64,000 nucleotides of DNA from Lama guanicoe (lineage: Eukaryota), in contig MU053352.1 of assembly GCA_013239625.1 (NCBI GenBank), forward strand, positions 567,079 to 631,078, given 5' to 3'. How positions within the stretch are numbered: position 1 is the stretch's first letter; each line of letters begins with the position of its first letter. The position numbers were made by a program, and so were the translations under genes. Below the pieces are notes generated by a model. The model searched no databases, had not been told where the DNA came from, and saw only the letters and a program-made list of their open reading frames with translations. Of the stretch, positions 36,410 through 51,448 are shown piece by piece.

Positions 36410-38074
36410 AGTTACGTTAACTGCTTAATTTATTTGGTCTGCTCAATGGCCCAGCTTGGGCCCACCACTCCCATGCTTGCTGGGGACCGCTGAGGCACAA
36501 CCAGCCCCCTGATGCCAACTTGCTGTCGTTGGGAGCCCAGGGCTCGAGCCTCCAGCAAACCTGCACACTCCACACCTAAGTATGGTCTACACAGCAAGGA
36601 AACTCTGGCCAGAGATGACATCTAACCGCACAACTCACCAGGTCTATGTACAGTATTTCACATATCACCCCACAGATACAACAACAAGATAGTTTTAACA
36701 GCAACCATCCTTCTGGATCACTCCCCCCGCCTCCTCCCCCCACCCCCGATACAACCACCACATACTGCAGTAATATCCCAAACCCACTGCTAATTTGTTA
36801 AATAGGCTGCAAGGTCACATTTAGGTGGAGGCAAATCTGCTTGTGTTGAAGACCCCCTAGCTCTGGGAGCCGGGTGGAGGGTGTCCCCAGCACTCAGAGA
36901 GGATGTGCTGTGGCTCAGGAGGCTGGGGCCAGGAGCTTGTGAGCTGGGCCAGCCAACACGGAAGGTAGAAGCCGGAGAGCCCAGCTGGGGGAGCGGCCTT
37001 CCCCAGCACCTCCACTCTGGGATTCTGCCACCACCTCTCCCCACCCAAGTTGCTGCCTGCACTAGGCACAGTGAGGGGTGAGCAGTGGCTGCCAAAAGGG
37101 TAGGGCCAGGAGATTGCTGTGATTCCCACCCCCTGCCCCATAGGCTGGGCCTGCGACGAGCCACACCGTCCTCCAGAACGCACTGAGCAAAATGTCTGGG
37201 GCTTCTGACAGAGGTGCCCACCAGGGAATGAGCGACAGCAGCCAGGATCCTAGGATACAGGGCTTTCTAGAGGGTAGGGCCGCCTTCCTTCCAACCTCAG
37301 CCTCTTCCTGCACTTGCGGCTGACTCCTTGTTGCAGGCAGAAAGGATGCTCCCCAGAAGATCTCAGTCTCCAGCAGCACAGTTTGAGAACACAGGCGGGA
37401 GCTCCCCCTTGAGTTGATGTGGCCCCTGGGCTCAGGAAGTGAACAGAAACCAGCCCTTCCCCCGACTCCTGGTCAGATCCACCAAAGACAGACTAAGGGA
37501 CTCTTCAAAACCTACTCCCTCAACCCTTGTCCCGGGGAGGGCGGGACGTGGAGTGCAAGGCAGTAGCACCACTGTCATCTTTCATCGCTGGATTGCTGCT
37601 TTCGCTCCTCCATGCTTGCACATGAAGTCCTCCTCCACCCGCTGGATCAGGGGCTTCAGAGCCCACAGGCAGGTTCACCTGGGATCCTGCCCAGCAGGTC
37701 CAGGTCCCACTGATTAGTGTAAGTACAAGAGCCTCCCGGAATCCCACCGCCAGGGAGTTCCCGAGTGGTCACCAGTAACAGATTTCCTCCTGGCACAGGG
37801 ACCAGGCTTTTTGTTTTTGTCTTTTTTTCTTCTTCACAGCTTTTAGGCGAGTGCTGGATTTACAGACAGTAACCAGGTCCCAGAACCTAGGAGATGCGCT
37901 GCCCTGGTGCTGCCCCCGCTCGCCTCCTGGGGAGGTAGAAGGGATGGCTTGTTCTGCTTCTAAACAAGCTGCCAATCCACAGGAAGCCCGGACGGCCCTG
38001 CCCACAGCAGGGGTGGGGCACAGAGGGGGCAGTGCTGGCTGTGGAACGCCCCCCCGCAGGGGGCTGGGCCAGGG
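36410..38074 (-). other. LIMK2: LIMK2 3' UTR, AATAAA at 36434-36429
   Basis: Follows the TAG stop on the minus strand; tttatt at 36429-36434; end approximate. Confidence 0.65.
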
Positions 38075-38497
<423 letters not shown>

Positions 38498-38751
38498 CTA
38501 AGTGCCCTTTTAAAGATGCTTTCCAGCTCTCAGACTGTTTCCGCATCAACAGATCTGCCCAGGAAGGGGCATTTCACAGACTCGGTAGCTCTTCCCAAGG
38601 AGAAAGCCAATGCCTGGTCCCTGGTGCCGTGGGAACAGCTCAGCTGCCCTGGAACCCCAGACATCTCGGGCTCACTCTTCCGCCTCCTCCTTGTTTTTGC
38701 TTAAACACCTTGTCCCCTTCTTAGCAAGGCCCACTCTGATCATCGTATTTA

Positions 38752-38868
38752 TTTATTTATTTAAACTATTGTTTTCTTTTTTTTTTTAAATAGAGGTACT
38801 GGGGATTGAATCCAGGACCTTATGCATGCTAAGCAAGTGCTCTTCCACTGAGCTACATCTTCCCCTCA
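38752..38868 (-). mobile_element. tRNA-derived SINE (camelid Vic-1-like)
   Basis: A box tagctcagtgg, B box-like ggattcaatccc and A-tail; perfect 13-bp TSD atcatcgtattta at 38739-38751 and 38869-38881; inserted into an L2 fragment. Confidence 0.9.
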
Positions 38869-39789
38869 ATCATCGTATTTAACATGACCACCTGTACCCT
38901 AAACAATCCTCTCTTCTCGGCTTGACTCCTTTTTCCAGAGCACCTGTCACTTTTCACATTCAACAGTTTGTTGTGTGGACTGTTTATCACTTCCCCTCAT
39001 TGGAAAGCAGGTCCCTGCAGGCACCTTGGTTTTATTCACACGGTGTCTGGCACTAGCAAGCACTCAGCAAATGTTGTTTGAATGAATTAAAGAGAGATAT
39101 ATTTAGAATGACTGAGAATATTGTGGAGCTTCAAATTTCCCCCTCGTGGTCTTACTCTAGTGTCACTGAAGGATTTCAGTCCTTTGGCCCATGAAGGAAC
39201 AAGATACTGAGCCTCTCACCAGCAAATCCCAGTAAAGTAGGCCTTAGGAAATCAATTAAAAATAAAGATTATGTGCCAACTGGTTATTTTGGGAGGACGG
39301 AGCTGGGGAGCGAGGAGTGTTGAGGAGCACACTGGTTAGGAGATGACAGAAAACATACACTTCCTGTGCTACATGTATTTTGGTAACGTTTGAATTTGTT
39401 TTTTATTTATTTATTTTTTTTACTTGATAACAATTTTTAATTAACATCAACCCAGCTACCTTTAGTTAAAGGTGTTGAAATTGCATGTTATGCGCTCAGT
39501 AATGTAACCAGAAGACATGACTGTGATATAACAATTCTTTAAAAATATTACAGTTTATGCATATACTATTTCTTATAGGAGAAATTCTGAAAGGAAAGAT
39601 GTACTTTACTTTGGAAACAACAACAAAAAACCAACACACTGCTGAGACAGCCTGTCTCTTTCAGTCTTTTCCAGTGATAAGCTACTAAGTCAGAGCTCAG
39701 AGGCAGTCTGGTCCTGTCCAGTCCAGGCCCTCCTCGCCCAGCCTAGCAGGCATGTTATGCGAGTGCTTATCGGCTTATTTGGACATTTG

Positions 39790-40085
39790 TCCTTCTACTT
39801 CTGTAATATATACATTTAATGTTACAAACTTCATCTCAGCACTGCTTTTGCTACCTCCAACTAATTTTGATAAATTGTATCCTTGTTGTCATTTAATTCA
39901 AATATTTTTAATTTCTCTTGATACTTCTTTGGCCCATGGGTCCTTTGAAAAGTGTGTTGCTTACTTTCCTAATATTTGGGGATTATTTAGATATATTTTT
40001 GTTATGAATTTTTAGTTTAATTCCATTTAGTCTGAACACAAGCTTTTTAAAAGTGATTTCTATTCTTTTAAATTTGTTAAGGTAT
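39790..40085 (-). mobile_element. Ancient L1M ORF2 fragment
   Basis: gcactgcttttgct...ttctttggcccatggg...aagtgtgttg...aatatttggggatt...tttagtttaattccatt matches recalled antisense L1 ORF2. Confidence 0.75.
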
Positions 40086-40653
40086 GACTTTGTTTTTTAA
40101 AAGAGACCCAATTTTTGATAGCAGAAGTGCAAAGATTCTAGTTTTCTAAAGCACAACTTTAAAAGACCCAGAGTGACTTGAGTAATGAGGAAAGCTATAA
40201 TCTGAGAATAATAAAGGTAATTTAAGAAAGATTTCTTTGAAGGAGAAAATTAGCTAAACGCATTAAGACGCTCACTGTAGTCATACCTACTCCAAGCAGA
40301 AACCAGGAAACCCTGAACATCTACACTGTGTATATTACACGTTCATACAGTCTCCTGATTGCATTTCATGACGTCAACAGAAATGATAAACAGGACGGCT
40401 GGGTAGTAACAAAATGCAGGGTGAAACAGAAAACTTTTTTCTATTTGAGATTATAACTATATAAAAAATGTGTGTTTGGACATGGGACGTGGGAATATTG
40501 GAAACATGAAGATACTTATTCTGTAAGCATAGGAGAGGTCCGGGTGAACTTCCTTCTGTTAAAATTTCTTTTAACGGCTGTCTCTGGGCTACATCCAGGT
40601 CACTGCTACAATGCCCTCGTCTCCCTCCCACACGTGGCATGTCAGAGTCATCA

Positions 40654-40971
<318 letters not shown>

Positions 40972-41950
40972 TTAGGAATGGACTACTGACAGTGCAGCCA
41001 CATGGCCGGGTAGAGGGATGCTGGTGGTGTGGACAGGAGGGAAGGATGGTCAGAAGAGGGAGGTAAAAACCGAGGTTAGAGTGCTGCTCCCAACCCCTAT
41101 CTCTCCAAATCTTGCTAATCCAGACTTGTCCCCTGAGAATCTGCTTACTGCAGCAGAAGCACAAGGTTGTAAACTGGCCTGTGAAGGGGAAGCTCCCCAA
41201 CACCCGACCCTGCCCTGTGATGTCCCCTCTGTCTGAGTTCCCTGCCGGAGTTCAGGCCCTGTGAAGCACGCTGCTGGGTCTGATTCATGTCTGAAACCCT
41301 TTGGTACCAGCCTAGTGCTCTGTACACAGCAGATGCTCAAATGATCTCTGTCAGAGAAAACATTTTAAAAACCTATTCCAACCGTCCCTTGTCTCTCCTC
41401 TACCATTGTCCACTTTGTGGGAGTTACAGAGGCCTCTGAACATATGTGCTCAACTGAGTGTTTCAAGGCAGACTGAGCTAAGTTCCTGAATCCTTCCCAG
41501 ACTCTCTGTACCCCACAGTGCCTAGCACTTCCTGGAGTGCCCACTTCTACTTGTTGAGCTGAGTGTGGGGGCACCACCAGGGCCTGGGGAGGGGGCACAG
41601 AGGGAAAGGCTGCATCTGGCCCAAGAGCTAGGTGGACAGCCCCATGAACAACTTCCTGCCCTTCCCCGTGGAGTTCCGAGTCCCGCCTGCTCCTCGCTGG
41701 TTGTGTGACTAAGAGCAAGCTGCTGTCCCTTTCTGAGCCTTAGTTTCCTCACCTGACAAAACCCTACCCAAGCCTTCTCATGGGACCAGTGGGACTCGAA
41801 TGTGTCAAGAGATCTGGGATAAACTACACAGCCCTCCACTTGTGCTGGTTTTGTGCCAAGTTACTCATCCTTAGGAGGAGGGGCCCCCGGTCTGGGGCGC
41901 CAAGCTGCTGGGCCGGCTGATGCAGGCCTGGTCTCTGTGCCGGAGCTCAC

Positions 41951-42006
41951 CTCGCAGAGGACGATCCCAAAGGAGAAGACATCCACTGTCTCATCGTAGC
42001 TCTTTC
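41951..42006 (-). CDS. LIMK2: LIMK2 exon 14 (kinase subdomain IX)
   Basis: KSYDETVDVFSFGIVLCE; aag| acceptor and GAG|gtgag donor; 56 nt. Confidence 0.95.
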
Positions 42007-42729
42007 CTTGGGGAACACAGGACAGTTAGGTTTGGTCCCTTATCTGCTCTGCACTGAGTCTAGGGCCAGGCCAGGCCACAGCCAAGAACCAGGGCTAGAA
42101 GAGGTTCTGTGGGGATGCCCCAAAGGCTGCCCAGGACAGGCACTATCTGTAAGTCACCTATCCTCAGCCTAGGTGGGCTGCCTTGGAGAGATATAAAACA
42201 ATACTGCCTAGGATGACACTGCATGGGACAGTCAGAGAGAACTGGACCAGGGTTCATCTGGACTCTGCTATTGCCAGCTGTGTGCTCCCGGGCAAATCCT
42301 GAACCTCTCTGGGCTGCAGACTCCAGGAAGAGTTGTATCAGACCACATCTGAGGCCCACAGCCATGTGGGGTTCAAGAATCCCAGCTGGCATCTCTGGCT
42401 GGTCTGAATTTTACCCACGAGGGGGCAGCACACTTCCGTTCTCAGCACGGAGAGAGCAGAAAAGGCAGTAAAGGCAGTAAATAGCCTGAGTTCTCAGCTG
42501 CCCTTGGGGCACTAAAGCCACAGTCAGACCTCACCATAGCCCAGGATGCGGCCCTGGCTGGCTCACAGACCTGAGCTCAGGGAGGGAGGAGACTGTGAAG
42601 TCCTGTCCAGCAGGGGACAAAAACCATCCAGCCCTCAGCTGGGTACCTGGCCCTATGCCTCACAGACCTCCCGGGAGCTCCCAGGACTCTGTGGGCGAGA
42701 TGTGGCCCCACGTCCCCCGCAGGGAGTCA

Positions 42730-43047
<318 letters not shown>

Positions 43048-43719
43048 TTAGTTAAAGAGTGGAACTCAGATGCAGGACAGAGGATTTCTTTTGTTTAGTT
43101 TTTCTCATCCTGCCTTGTTCCCAGAAAGATTTAAGGCCACGGCTGGAACCAGGATAAGACAGAAAAAGACAAGGTGGTGGCATTCAGCGGGGGGGCGTGG
43201 GCGAGATAAGCTCTTCAAATAGCTACAAGGCAGTCATGTGGAAAAGGGATTAAGATTGTTTGGTGTGAGTCCAGAGGGCACAGCCAGGGCCAGCGAGTGG
43301 ACACCCAGGAAGCTACGCTGCGAGTCAACAGGAGGAGTAACAACACTAGCAACCAGAGCTGACCGGCTAGCAGGAGGAATGCTGGCCCCAAACCAGTCAC
43401 TGTACATTTATTAGCTCTATGGCCTCAGGCTGAGGCTTCAGGTAAAATGATGCCACACACAGCTGTAAAACATGGTCCTCAGTGAGCTGCTTTTACAGGA
43501 CTGTCACAGGGCAAAATGAGGAAAAGTGACAGGGCTCTGAAGTCCCTTCTAGACAAAGAATTTCAGAGGTGCTACTGGAGGAGGTAGAATTCATCTGCAT
43601 GTGTTAGGGAGCCCCTAGGAGACAGGGGAGGGCATCAGAGTAGCAGGAAGGGTGGGATGGGGGCCGTAGGCACTGCCCCTGGTCTAAAGCACGAGGGGAC
43701 AGGACAGCCAGTCTCCCTA

Positions 43720-44118
<399 letters not shown>

Positions 44119-45844
44119 CTACCCACTTTACTTAGATCCAGGCCAGTGGGATGCACTATGTCTGCCCCTCCCTCCCACCCTCACCCCAGTCTCTGGCTTC
44201 AGCCACCCTGGATCCTTGCTGCAGAGGAAAAAGTGACCTCCTCCTGGTCCGGCTGGCCCTGCTCCTGACATCCCCCCACCCTAGTCCTCGCTCTCTGTCT
44301 ACACGTTAACCTCTACCCCTTTCTACTCAAATGTTTCCCAACTAGTCTCCATTTGCTAGTCCTGGCTCCAGGCCTGCACCTCTGGCTCCTGCCACCCCAG
44401 AGCTGCTTCCTATTTTGTTCTCTTCGCTTCCCCAGCAAATGTGGAAGGAGCCACTCCCCCTCCCCAGCCCCTGTAACACCGCTTCCACCCCTGGGGCTCC
44501 TAGAGCTGCTCGAAGGCCCAGGGTGTGCTTCCTGACCTGCCGGCCACCCCCTCCTCAAAGGCTGCCCACACCTCTCCCATGTGCCCCTCCAGCGGCTGGG
44601 TGTCTGCCTTTACCTCCAGCCTCCTCGACGTCAACCCCTCTCAAAGCCCCTTCTTGTCACAGCTGACCCCGTGAACCCCCCCCACATCAGCCTCAGTGGA
44701 CACCTAGCACTTCCCAAACCTGTCATCACTGCCACCTCGCCAAGTCTGGTAAGCCACACCTCCATTCTTCTAGGCACCTCAAGCCCCACTAGCTCCTCCT
44801 CCCCCCACCTCTGATCCCTCACTACTGACCAGCGTCCATTCTGACCCACTGTGCCTCCCGGTCTCCGGGCTCCACAGCCGTACTGTAATTCAGAAACCCC
44901 AAATGTTTCATGAGCCCTCAACCCAGGTCTCCCTGCCCTGAATTCACCAACACCACCCCAACTTACTGACCGCACTAGAGTCATCTTTGAAATAACACAG
45001 CTCTGGTCACAAAACTTCCTTGCCTAAAAACTTTTATATTTGTCTTTTGGCTTCCTGAATAAAGTCCAGACTCCTCAGCTTAAAACACAGGGATCTTCAC
45101 GAGTCTAACACTGTCACAGAGTATCCCGAGTCTAACACTGTCTTCGAGAAACTCATGTGAAGAGCAGGGATTAACATTTCAGGCTAGAGGTCAGAGAGAC
45201 TGGCCCAAGCTCCGAGCTCCGCCCCGTCCAGCCTCAGCTTCTCGCCTGGACCAGGGCTGTGGTGGGGAGCACTGGTCCCTCAGCTCAGTGCCTGGCATGG
45301 AGAACGCACTTGGCAGTTGTCACTGTGACCAGTGTCATCTTTCCCCAGCTACAACAGGGATTTCCTCCTCTCTCCTCCTAGCTCTTTGCTGCTGCCATCA
45401 CCCCAACCTTGGGCCTCTCTGCTAAGAGGAACTTTCATCCAATTCTGACCCATCCTTCAGGGATCAACCAGAGTGCATTTCCCCGTCTCTGAGTTCCTAG
45501 GTGGTGGGTTTGTCTGCTTGCTTCAAGGGCCCTCAGCAGCCGGACACCCCTTGACAGCAGAGCCAGGCCACCCCGGGCTAGCTTGCCTCTCCTGTGCCCT
45601 GTTTGCCCTTGAAGATTTGGAATTCTTTGAGAGCAGAGTTGTGAACTGAGGATAGTCAACCAGGGGCAATCTCACTGGCACAGAGAGAAGCTCAGTAAAT
45701 GGCTGCTGAATGACCCAGCCCTGCAGGCTGCCCAGGATGAGGGGATCTCTGCCTTTCAGTGCCTGCCTGCAATCCTTGTACCTCTCCCGATCCCCTACTC
45801 CAGATCCCCCAGCCCCCGCCGGCAGTGTTGTTGGCAGGACTCAC

Positions 45845-45901
45845 CATTCCAGAGGCGATGCCTTTGGCAAATCTGACCTTCTGCTGCCAGGGGAACGGAT
45901 C
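45845..45901 (-). CDS. LIMK2: LIMK2 exon 11
   Basis: DPFPWQQKVRFAKGIASGM; 57 nt; AG/GT sites. Confidence 0.95.
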
Positions 45902-45947
45902 CTGCAAGAAGGGGGGGGCCCATCAGAGGCTACTGGGCCCCGACCTA

Positions 45948-46382
<435 letters not shown>

Positions 46383-46905
46383 TTACGTGAAGGGGAAGAA
46401 CACCTCCACGTGGATGGGGACGCCTCCCAGGCTGCACCCTTGGGATCCTGCCTGTCTAGGAACTGCATGGGGGGAATTAGAGTGGGAGGGCCCAAGAGTG
46501 GAATGAAGGCCTGAAGGGCAGCACCCAACAGAGCACCTGGAGAGGCGGTGAAAACCATGTCGACGCTCAAGGGGGTCAGTTCTGGGGGCTCCACTGCAGG
46601 TTCCCTCAGCAGGGTGTTCAGGTGGTATCACAGCGTCAGGCTGTGCTAAACTGGTCTGTTTTCACGTCCATCACCCACTACTCGGTGAGCTCCTCTGACC
46701 CCATCTCATTGCACCCAGCTTGTGCTGTCTTTACTAAGTGTTCTTTGCACAAATAATCATGGTGTCATTTACAGAGGGCAGGGACATTCCTCTAGGGATG
46801 TTTCTGCTCAGCCTTAAGAACATGGCTCCAAACTAAATTTCCTCTTGAAACTGTTATTTAGTATATAAGATCTTTCCTCCCCTAACAGTGACATCAGACT
46901 CCTTA

Positions 46906-47007
<102 letters not shown>

Positions 47008-47801
47008 CTAAAAGGAGGGCGACCGTTAGAGACCGGAGGCAGTTCTGGGCAACTGTGTGAAAATCTATGCAACTGGCCATCACACGCCCTGGAGGACACA
47101 CTGAAGTAAATGGCCAGATCAGACTGACAGTCCATGTGTGAAGGACACAGCACGGCCACAGGGGACTCAGAGGGGAGCACACCCTCTTCCCTGGAGCACT
47201 GGGCATGCACAGAGAAGTGAGAATCCAGAAGAGGGAAGTGTGGGAGGAGACAGGAGGGGATGCTGCCAAGCCAAGCAGGGGCTCTGGTCACCTGACACAG
47301 GAGCGAGTCCCTTGGGGGAAAAGAAGTCTGGGGGCAGGAGGGTCAGTGCCACAGACATGCACCAGGGAGCTGGGTGGGTCGGGGGTGAGCGTTCCAGCCC
47401 CACTGCCCCGAAGGCTGAGACACACAGCTTACCTGACCCCCCCTCCCAGCTCTCAGCAGAGGAGGAGGAGGAGAGAAAGAGAGAGAGGTTAGTCCCCAAG
47501 ACTGTTCAGCAGGGAGGCAGGAGCCACTCCCAGCACCAAGGCCTCTGGGCACCTAAAAACACCCACTGACTGGAGGTGGGAGGGCCATGGGCAAGCCTGT
47601 CCCCACCCAGGGCTCCCAGTCCAAGCTCACTTCAGCAGCAATGCTGCCCTTAGGAGGTCTGAGAGGGCAAGGGTGCGGCCCTCCCACCATTGCCTCCAGC
47701 TGGCAGGGAGGCCTGGTGTCCCACAGGGCGTCAGGTGATGAGAAGTCCCTAAAAGAAGGCAGGCTGGGAGGCAGAGGGACAGAGCGGCGGCCTGTGCTCA
47801 C

Positions 47802-47988
47802 CTTGATGGCCTGCCCAAAGAAGCCCTTCCCCAGGACCTCCCCGTGGATCAGGTCGCATGGCCGGAAGATTTGCTGTGAGTAGCTGCTGGAGCAGCGGAG
47901 AGACTCCGAGCGGCTGATGTCACGGCTGAGCAGGAGGGGCTCCTTTGGGGAGCTGGGGCCAGGGGATTTGGAGATGCTGTTGCTGCGC
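47802..47988 (-). CDS. LIMK2: LIMK2 exon 8 (S/P-rich region to kinase Gly loop)
   Basis: RSNSISKSPGPSSPKEPLLLSRDISRSESLR...GEVLGKGFFGQAIK; 187 nt. Confidence 0.97.
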
Positions 47989-48444
47989 CTGAGGAGAAGG
48001 AAAGACGGGGGTAAGCACAGGGCAGCCCTCAAGAGACCTGCCAGGAGAGCCTGGGGCAGGAACTGTCCATCCCTATGTCTGTAGTTCAGGTGCTGTGATG
48101 GGGAGGGGAGTCCAACATCAGACAGGTGTGCAGTCTGGGGCTGCAGGCGCTGTGGTCTAAGCATAGTGAGTCACACTCTGAGCCAGAACCCTGAGTCCTT
48201 CTCAACCGAACAAAGGACTAGACTCTACAAGCTGACAGCACTATCGATGGAAACCCACCACCTTCCAGGTCCGCCTGATTCCAGGCCCCGACCAGTTTAG
48301 AGCGACAGCCTAGCACCATCCAAACACAGATGGGACTTCGGGTATTCTGCTGGTCTTTTGTAGTACCTGTCTGCATTTCCCGAATTTTAAAATAACAACC
48401 GTGTATGATTTTTATAGCAATAAAGGCAGTATGTGTATGACATT

Positions 48445-48557
48445 ATCTTTCTTTTTTCTTTTTTTCCCATTAACGGAGGTACTGGGGATTGAACCCATGA
48501 CCTCGTGCACACCAAGCATGTGCTCTACCACTGAGCTATACACCCCATGCCCCAGTT
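48445..48557 (-). mobile_element. tRNA-derived SINE (camelid Vic-1-like)
   Basis: tagctcagtggtagag A box, gggttcaatccc B box and A-tail; TSD tatgacatt at 48436-48444 and 48558-48566. Confidence 0.9.
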
Positions 48558-49704
48558 TATGACATTCTAAAAGCAGCCAGTAATAGTAATGGCTGGTGAC
48601 TGTCACTTTGGCTTCCTGGAGAAAGGACAAGAAGGTTGAATCCACAGGTCTGCAGGTTAACTGCAGCCCTACAAACTTCTCTCTGGGCCAACCGTGCCCA
48701 CTGGAGCACATGAGGTGAGCTGCCTGCTCTCCTGCATGATGGCCCTCCAGACATCTGAGCAGCTCTCTGGCCACCCACCCCCATCTTCCGTCTTCAAGGC
48801 CTTCTTTATCCCCTGGCGCCCAGCCTCCAGCAGCTCACTCATGCTGAGGCCAAGCCAGCAGCCCAGGGGTGACAGGAGCAACCTGTGGGGAGGGCCGTTT
48901 CCAGCAGATTCCAGCCAAGAGGGCCTGAGTGATATGCAGCCTGTTCAGTCGAGAGGGCGGATAAAGAACCTGATTCCCAGAGAAACCTCAGACACCTCAT
49001 GTTACTGGGCACTGACCCTCGGCCAGCCTGCGCTGCTCTGCATCCTTTTCCACACTGAACCCTCACGTAACTGGGGAGACAGCCACTTTTACCCGATAGC
49101 TCCACTTCACAGATGCAGAAACAGGCTTGCAGAAGTGCAGGGGCCTGTGCAGGGAGGGTCTCGGCTAGAAGGTGCGGTCTGGGTGCGAGATGTCTGCCTC
49201 CAGAGCCCTGGGGGCCTCTTGTTCTTCAGGCTCCCTGCCTGGCACCTGCACCCAGGCGATGGCCCCCACTGGACTTGGACAACTCAGGGTTTTGGAGGCT
49301 AGTCCCTTAAACCTAAAACAATTTGCATTCACCCCCTACTTTGTAGTTTTCCACACCCTTATTTATATACTAATCCTAACTGTGCCCCTTCTCCAGCCTG
49401 TGCCCCGTGCTTCCCTCACAGGTCATGCTGTCCTGTGGGGTCCAGTGTTGCTGCCTTCCATCCGGCTGAGTTCAGTGAGAGCATGACCCTCCGGTTTCTA
49501 GGGAAACCTGGCAGACCGCTGGGTCAGATCGCACACAGGCCCTGGCTACGAACTGTGATCCTGGGGGTTGGGGGAAGCTGGGTCAGCACAATTCTCGAAG
49601 TCCGTCCCTAGCCAGCTGGTTTCCCTCCTAGCTCTGCTGGCCTCCGAAAGGCAGCTCCACCTCATCTGTGGGCAACAGAGCAGGGCCGGGGTGAGAGGTG
49701 GCAC

Positions 49705-49901
49705 CTCAGAGAGCGTCTCCTCAGCGTCCCTTCCAGATTCTCCTTGGTGTCCAGGGTGCTGAGGGAGTGGGAGTGCCCAGCATCCTGCATGTGTGGGGAG
49801 AGCCGTGCATCCAGCCGCAGCTGGTCCAGGCGCTGGGAGACAGGGTCATGTTCAATCAAGAGCTGAAGTGTCTGGCTTGTCTGGTTAATTGCATCTTCCA
49901 C
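49705..49901 (-). CDS. LIMK2: LIMK2 exon 7 (end of PDZ)
   Basis: VEDAINQTSQTLQLLIEHDPVSQRLDQLRL...EGTLRRRSL; 197 nt. Confidence 0.96.
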
Positions 49902-50153
49902 CTGTGGCCAAGAGCAGTGTCAGGCTGGTCGCATAGGGTGGCCCATTGCAGGTCACCCACCCTCAGCCCAGACGACCCAAACGGTGTGGCCTCCAGCTGC
50001 CAGTCACCACACGGGGGACGTGCCAGGCTGACACAGGAAGTCACCAGTGGTCACAGGCTCAGTGGCAAGACCAAGACAGACCTGAGCTGGGGAAAGGTAA
50101 GGGCCATGGCCTGATCTCCCAGAGGGTCTGCTCCCTGTCCCACCCACACATAC

Positions 50154-50259
50154 CTCCTCCACTCGGAGTGTGCGGACGGGGATCCCGTTGATCTCCAAGA
50201 TGCGGTCCCCGGGGTGAATGGCATTGCGGTTGTTGGGACTGATGTGCATCCGGTTGACC
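50154..50259 (-). CDS. LIMK2: LIMK2 exon 6 (PDZ)
   Basis: VNRMHISPNNRNAIHPGDRILEINGIPVRTLRVEE; 106 nt. Confidence 0.96.
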
Positions 50260-51448
50260 CTGGGCCAGACAAGAGTTGAGGCAGGGTGAAGGCATCTTAA
50301 AAAAGTGCCTGAGCAATTTCACTTGTGCAGGGAGGGCTTACCAGGCCCCAGGCCCCTCCTGACCTCCAAGGCCCAGGCCACTCACAGGGAAAGGTCACAC
50401 CTTTCATAGGGCATCCACACTCACCCACTGGCCTAAGCCAGAAACTTGGACATCACCCTCCCCATCTGGAGTTCCCTCACTGCCTGCCAATGTTCATCAC
50501 CTTGAAGAATCATCCATCACCAGAGTCACCAACATCTCTTGCTGGCACCTTGCAACAGCCTCTTAACTGGTCTCTACACTGTAGGCTTGCTCCTCTCCCG
50601 CCCCACTTCCACACCAGTGATCCTTCAAAAATCTGACCTGGTTGCATCACCTTGTTGTTTAAATCCCTCAACAAACCTGCCAAAAGTCTTCATAAGCCAG
50701 GCAACCTGTCACTTAACAGTCTCCGCTCTGGCTACTCTTAAATGCCCAGTCTACACTAGACATAGCCACAGACTCCCACCTCTGCCTTGAACATGATTCC
50801 CTCCCCTCTTCACCTGACGAGGCTTTAGCACAGACCTTCCTCCTCTGGACCTCCCTGACCCTAGCACCTCCCACCTCTACTGCAAACACCCAGTGCCTGC
50901 CTGCATGGAGCAAGTGCACGACCGCAGTCTGCAGGGTCGGCAGCCATATGTGCCTTGTGACTGGTATGAGATGGACAGACTCCTTTCCCATCAGGTGACT
51001 GAACTGGACCTAGGATGGAATCTTAGTCTCTTTCTCCTCCTTCCTCCATTCATTCACTCAACCAACGAAACAATAATCTACGCACACCACTGTATGCTGG
51101 GCACTGTTTCAGGCCCTGAACAAGTATTGAACAAGACCAAGTTCTGGAAGGAATTCGTGGGGAGGACAGATGATAAACAAACTAATATGCATAATCAAGC
51201 CAGACAATTTCAAAGAGCAAATGTGATCTAGAACTTGGCAAGAGAAAGGTGAGTGATTCTGCCGTTAAGCATCTGGTGGGAGGCAGCCCAGGCAGGGAGA
51301 ACAGTAAGTAAGTGTCAAGGCCTGGGTGCGGTGATGGCACAGTGAGCCCAGGAGGAAGAGCAGAGGTGGGGATGCGGGGAGCTCTGCTGAGACTCTGGAG
51401 TTCTGAGCCCCTCAGGGAGCCCCGCCTCGGGGGTCTCAGGACACTCAC

